The position numbers and the translations under genes were made by a program. From the NCBI GenBank assembly GCA_963806185.1, contig CAWDXE010000007.1, positions 288,001-352,000 on the forward strand: a stretch of 64,000 nt of DNA, written 5' to 3'. The stretch is from an uncultured candidate division Zixibacteria bacterium. Its GTDB lineage: Bacteria; Zixibacteria; MSB-5A5; GN15; FEB-12. Below are positions 59,921 to 64,000 of this stretch, one piece after another (positions within the stretch are counted from its first letter, which is position 1; each line of letters opens with the position of its first letter). The notes beneath the pieces are model-generated. The model was not told the origin of the DNA. It saw nothing but the letters and a program-made list of their open reading frames with translations, and ran no database searches.

Positions 59921-60835
59921 CTACCGATTCGCCTCAATCCTGTGTTGTTCAAAAATCCGTCTAAGCTCTTCGCTGTATTTCTCTTCTGGGCGCAACTTTC
60001 CCGACATCAGGAGTGAAGATTGAATCAACCAGACTGCCGTCATTAGGTAAATTGTACTTTTAGATTCGTCAATAGATCGAATTGGTGCCATTACCGGGAC
60101 ACCATCGTACTGCTCTATGGCCTGCTCGGAATTGCGACCATGAGTTGATTCGGATGCGTGACGATAGTAAATCACGTACTCGGACGGTCTCCTAAGGCAT
60201 TTCGATAATTCGAAGAAGTCCTTCGGCCCTTGGTCAATTTGGTACCAGTATCTGATACCTCGAGGTTTCTCAAATTGCGCTGTGATATCGCGGAACTTTG
60301 GTTTTCTGAGCACACGCTCATAAGCCTCAAGCTGCGCAGCCAAGTCCTTAGTCCCTGATTCGAAGTTGAAAGTGGGACCGAAAAATCGATCTGATTTAAC
60401 TTGTTCGCGAAAAAGCCGCCCGCGGTCAGTTGACTCATCAATTGTCTCGACAAACCGCTTTCGTTCGAGCAAGCTACCAACCATCCACGCTGTAGATCGC
60501 AATTCGAACTTCTCTTGGAGCATGAATTCTATCGATAGTGTGGATTCATGCAGACTACGGAAAAGCGGAGCAGTTGCAGCGAAACATCCTTGAGAAGCCA
60601 AGGCTTCAATTCCATCCGCTATTTGTATAGAATGGTAGTAGAGGTGAATTAGTGACGAAGGAGTCCCATCCACTCCGCTGAGCGACTTCTCGCAACGAAC
60701 TAACAAGTGCGTGGAGCAGTTAACAATGTCTTGAAGATACGGGCCGTATTTGTCTAAGAGTGCCGTGCTACTGATTATGGAGAGATCGCGGTCTAGGATT
60801 GAGGGAAGTGCGTGGTAGATCAGACTCTTTTTCAT
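59921..60835 (-). CDS. DUF5677-like hypothetical protein
   Basis: RSLHE and YRHASESTHG motifs; visibly more AT-rich than neighbours. Confidence 0.6.
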   Translation of the reverse strand: MKKSLIYHALPSILDRDLSIISSTALLDKYGPYLQDIVNCSTHLLVRCEKSLSGVDGTPSSLIHLYYHSIQIADGIEALASQGCFAATAPLFRSLHESTLSIEFMLQEKFELRSTAWMVGSLLERKRFVETIDESTDRGRLFREQVKSDRFFGPTFNFESGTKDLAAQLEAYERVLRKPKFRDITAQFEKPRGIRYWYQIDQGPKDFFELSKCLRRPSEYVIYYRHASESTHGRNSEQAIEQYDGVPVMAPIRSIDESKSTIYLMTAVWLIQSSLLMSGKLRPEEKYSEELRRIFEQHRIEANR

Positions 60836-60870
60836 TGCATTCCCGAGCGGATATTACCCCATGATAAAAA

Positions 60871-60944
60871 TACCCCCGGCAGGATTCGAACCTGCTACCC
60901 TCTGCTTAGAAGGCAGATGCTCTATCCGAATGAGCTACGGGGGC
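60871..60944 (-). tRNA. tRNA-Arg(TCT), CCA not encoded
   Basis: Acceptor GCCCCCG/CGGGGGT, anticodon loop CT-TCT-AA in TCTGC/GCAGA stem, GGTTCGAATCC T-arm. Confidence 0.97.
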
Positions 60945-61069
60945 ATCCTCGGACTCGTGATCACCCACAAGATATTCCCGCCCCACCGCAGGGGCAATAG
61001 AAAAGGGCGCACTGATGGCGTGGGATCTCGAACTCTTGAATTGACGCCATCCAATGGTATATTCCACCC

Positions 61070-62107
61070 ATGACCGCAATCTTCATGGCGCTCATGGCGG
61101 CACTGCTCTTCGCGACCGCCACGCCGCTCAGTAAACTGCTGCTTGGGAACCTGTCGGCCTTCCAACTGGCCGGCCTGCTCTACCTTGGGGCGGCTCTCGG
61201 AGTTGGCCCGATGATCCTGCGGCGCGACCAACGTCTATCACTCTTCAGGATGAACCGCCGGAATCAGCGTCGGCTCATTGGCGCCGTGCTGCTCGGCGGC
61301 ATTGCGGGACCGGTCCTGCTCTTGTTCGGACTGGAACTTGCCTCGGCGGCATCCGTGTCACTCTGGTTGAACCTGGAGATGGTATTCACCGCACTTCTGG
61401 GTTGGCTGATCTTTCACGACCATGTTGGGCAGTATGGTTGGATTGGCATCGCAGGTACTGTCGCAGCGGGCGTTCTGCTTTCCATCGAACAGGGAACGAG
61501 CGGCGTTCTGGCTGGGTCACTCGTGGCTCTGGCTTGTCTCTGCTGGGGATTCGATAACCATTTTACCGCTCTTATCGACGGCATCAGCCCGGCCTACAGC
61601 ACGTTTGTGAAGGGGATCGTGGCAGGCACCGCAAATCTCGTGATTGGTGTTTTCGCCCAACCGCTGGTCGCGGGACCGAAGGACATAATCGGCGGATTGG
61701 TTCTGGGCAGTCTGGCGTATGGAATCAGCATCGCCTTGTACATCGGCGCCGCACAGAAACTCGGGGCGACGCGCGGCCAGTCACTATTCGCCACGGCGCC
61801 GTTTCTCGGCGTTGCGCTGTCTGTCATAATCCTGGGAGAGAGCCTGTCAGCTTTCCAGTTGGCGGCGAGTGCGATCCTGGTCGGCGCCCTGATTGTCATT
61901 TTTCGTGATAGACACGCCCATGAGCACGTTCATGAACCGTTGCAGCACGAACATTCTCATCGTCACGATGATCTGCATCATGACCATGAGCATGATGTTC
62001 CGATCACCGCCGGACTACAACACCGGCATTCTCATCAACACGCGGTCGTTCGGCATTCCCACCCACACTGGCCCGATCTCCATCACAGGCATTCGCACGG
62101 CATGTAA
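61070..62107 (+). CDS. EamA/DMT transporter with His-rich C-terminal tail
   Basis: About 10 TM in two EamA repeats; tail ending HPHWPDLHHRHSH. Confidence 0.9.
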   Translation: MTAIFMALMAALLFATATPLSKLLLGNLSAFQLAGLLYLGAALGVGPMILRRDQRLSLFRMNRRNQRRLIGAVLLGGIAGPVLLLFGLELASAASVSLWLNLEMVFTALLGWLIFHDHVGQYGWIGIAGTVAAGVLLSIEQGTSGVLAGSLVALACLCWGFDNHFTALIDGISPAYSTFVKGIVAGTANLVIGVFAQPLVAGPKDIIGGLVLGSLAYGISIALYIGAAQKLGATRGQSLFATAPFLGVALSVIILGESLSAFQLAASAILVGALIVIFRDRHAHEHVHEPLQHEHSHRHDDLHHDHEHDVPITAGLQHRHSHQHAVVRHSHPHWPDLHHRHSHGM

Positions 62108-62119
62108 TTACCGGCAATA

Positions 62120-62150
62120 GAAAAGGGACCTCCCTGTGGGGTCCCTTTTC
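62120..62150. terminator. Bidirectional terminator
   Basis: GAAAAGGGACCTC...GGGGTCCCTTTTC. Confidence 0.75.
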
Positions 62151-62179
62151 GCAGAGTGCCCGGATGTGCGAGCATTTCC

Positions 62180-63378
62180 TTATTTTCCTTTAATCGTTCC
62201 CTTCATGTGCCCGGCACCCAACTTTGACGGTGACTCGGAATGCTTCACCTTCATTCCGGGCGGGGCATCCTTCGGCGTCCGACCGTCATCATGACAATCA
62301 GCACACACCGGATCCGACTCAAACTTCCGTCCGGGATGGCACGATTCGCAATCCATATCTTTATGAGTTTCGTCAAGCTGCAGCCCGGTCACGGCATGCT
62401 GGAAGTTGTCCGGCGTCCAGCCCCGATGGCAATTGGCGCACATCTTGTTCAGTTTGGCGATCCGCTTGCCGGTCGGATGGCAGGTCCAGCAATCGAGCTG
62501 GTTATGATACGGATTGAGCGGCCAGCCGGTACTGCTGTGAGTGAAACCGGGCCGTTCTTTCGTGTCGTGGCACTTCCTGCATTCATCCTTGCCATGGCAG
62601 TCATTGCAGATGGCATGCACCTCTACTTGCGTTTTGGGCGGGGTCGTCCCCTTGAGGTCGTGGCAATGGCCGCAGTTTTCTGCTTTGTGGCAATCGACAC
62701 AGCGGAAGCCGAACAGATCGATATGCTCTTTATGCTGGAACGTTACCACCGGCCCCTGCTTGTACGGCGTCGTATAGACCCTCTTGCCCGGGACATTGAT
62801 CACCGGGTGGGACTTGCCCATGATGTCGGTCGGGTCGTGCGTGGTGTCGTCGAGCTTCCCTCCCGGCGTCGGGACGTGGCAGAGGACGCACTTAGTATCG
62901 TGGCTCCACTCCCGGTGGCAGGCCAGACACTGGCGATGATACGCGCCTTTGAGGTTCGGCTTGCGCAAGTCGGTCGATTCGGTCGACACGGAGTGGCAAT
63001 CTTTGCATGGCGGGATCTCGCCCCGGGGGACTGTAGTGGTGGCAGGTGGCACAGTCCTTGCCCATTTGAGCCATCCCGGCGTGCAGCTTGTGATTGAAAG
63101 TGCACCGGCTGATACAGATCGGCCAGATCGTCCAGCAGCATCGAATCGGGTGCATCTCCCAGAGCGTGTTGCGTGGCCCGATGTACCATCTGCGTGCGTG
63201 GGCACGACTTCAAGCAGGGTTCTCTGACAGTCGGTACGTCGCAGGTATGGCACTCCTTGCAGTTGATCGACGGCATGGCCGATTTAGCGCCGGCGGTCTG
63301 AGCGGACGCGATGGTCGCGGTCATCATGATCGCCAGCAGCAATATCGACGCTACCAATATGATCGGTCGGACTTTCAT
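62180..63378 (-). CDS. Multihaem cytochrome c (c3-like), 13 CxxCH after repairing two +1 frameshifts (~63098, ~63024)
   Basis: Signal peptide; VHFNHKLH...CATCHH; KGAYHRQCLACH; repaired length about 398 aa. Confidence 0.85.
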
Positions 63379-64000
63379 GTCACTTGTCCCTCTGTATATG
63401 CAGCGGCGCGGCCATAACCGGCGGGTGCTGCTTCAATTCGCTCTTCCTGTACCGATATCACGGGGAAGGTCTTCACGAAGAACCGGTAGACCAGCACCAG
63501 CACGGCCACCAGCCCGAGCGTGACCGTGATTTCGAAGATTGACGGGAAATAGGTCTTCTCTGAATAAAGCGGGCGATAGGCCACGAGGAAGACGTTGATC
63601 CGGTTGAGCGCCACGCCCATGATAATGACCAGCGTCGCCGAGATGAACAACCCCTTGATCGATTTCCGAACCTTCGGTATCGACAGCATCACCAAGGGGA
63701 GAACGACGCCAAAGAGCATTTCGATTATCCACATCATTGACTGGAATGAGCCTTCAAAGACATATGGCCAGGCGTTGCGAATGGTGATATCCACCAATTT
63801 CGCGACCAGATACGCCCCGAGCAGGATGGGGGTGTAGCTGGCCAGTGACGAAAGGACCTTTGTCTCCGGTTTCAATTTGAATGACCGCGAAGCAAGGATC
63901 GACTCGAAGATGACCATCGGGAAGCCGACCGCGATCGCGGAGAGCAGGAACAACAGCGGCGACATCGGCGTGTACCAGAGCGGGTGCATCTTGGTCGGTG
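63375..64000 (-). CDS. NrfD/HybB-family membrane subunit (5'-truncated by window)
   Basis: HPLWYTP..PLLFLLSAIA.G; NRINV; Y.PS..E. Confidence 0.85.
   Translation of the reverse strand, partial: PTKMHPLWYTPMSPLLFLLSAIAVGFPMVIFESILASRSFKLKPETKVLSSLASYTPILLGAYLVAKLVDITIRNAWPYVFEGSFQSMMWIIEMLFGVVLPLVMLSIPKVRKSIKGLFISATLVIIMGVALNRINVFLVAYRPLYSEKTYFPSIFEITVTLGLVAVLVLVYRFFVKTFPVISVQEERIEAAPAGYGRAAAYTEGQVT

Overview
A GC-rich, diderm bacterial chromosome window. An FG-GAP/FlgD-Ig secreted protein and the overall gene content resemble FCB-group lineages such as Zixibacteria (inference). It holds about 55 CDS and one tRNA-Arg(TCT). I saw no rRNA, CRISPR array or transposase. The standout is a five-gene operon at 14618-22566 encoding a predicted di-haem-b membrane protein, a 20-haem and a 31-haem cytochrome c, an outer-membrane beta-barrel, and a membrane-anchored ferredoxin fused to an apparently circularly permuted TrxR/FNR-like flavoprotein. 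Together these suggest a wire from cytoplasmic NAD(P)H to the cell exterior (a PCC3-like porin-cytochrome conduit with its own flavoenzyme). Also notable: (1) a full-length GluRS homologue lacking key Glu-binding and HIGH residues; (2) spoVG flanked by long structured non-coding DNA; (3) recurring sigma28-like promoter motifs; (4) a sigma54/IHF/enhancer layout facing an NtrY/NtrX-like system; (5) an FHA-phosphoesterase-CHASE2 kinase operon; (6) a second NrfD plus multihaem locus at the right edge. Nine single-base +1 insertions break four genes and are most likely sequencing-consensus errors.
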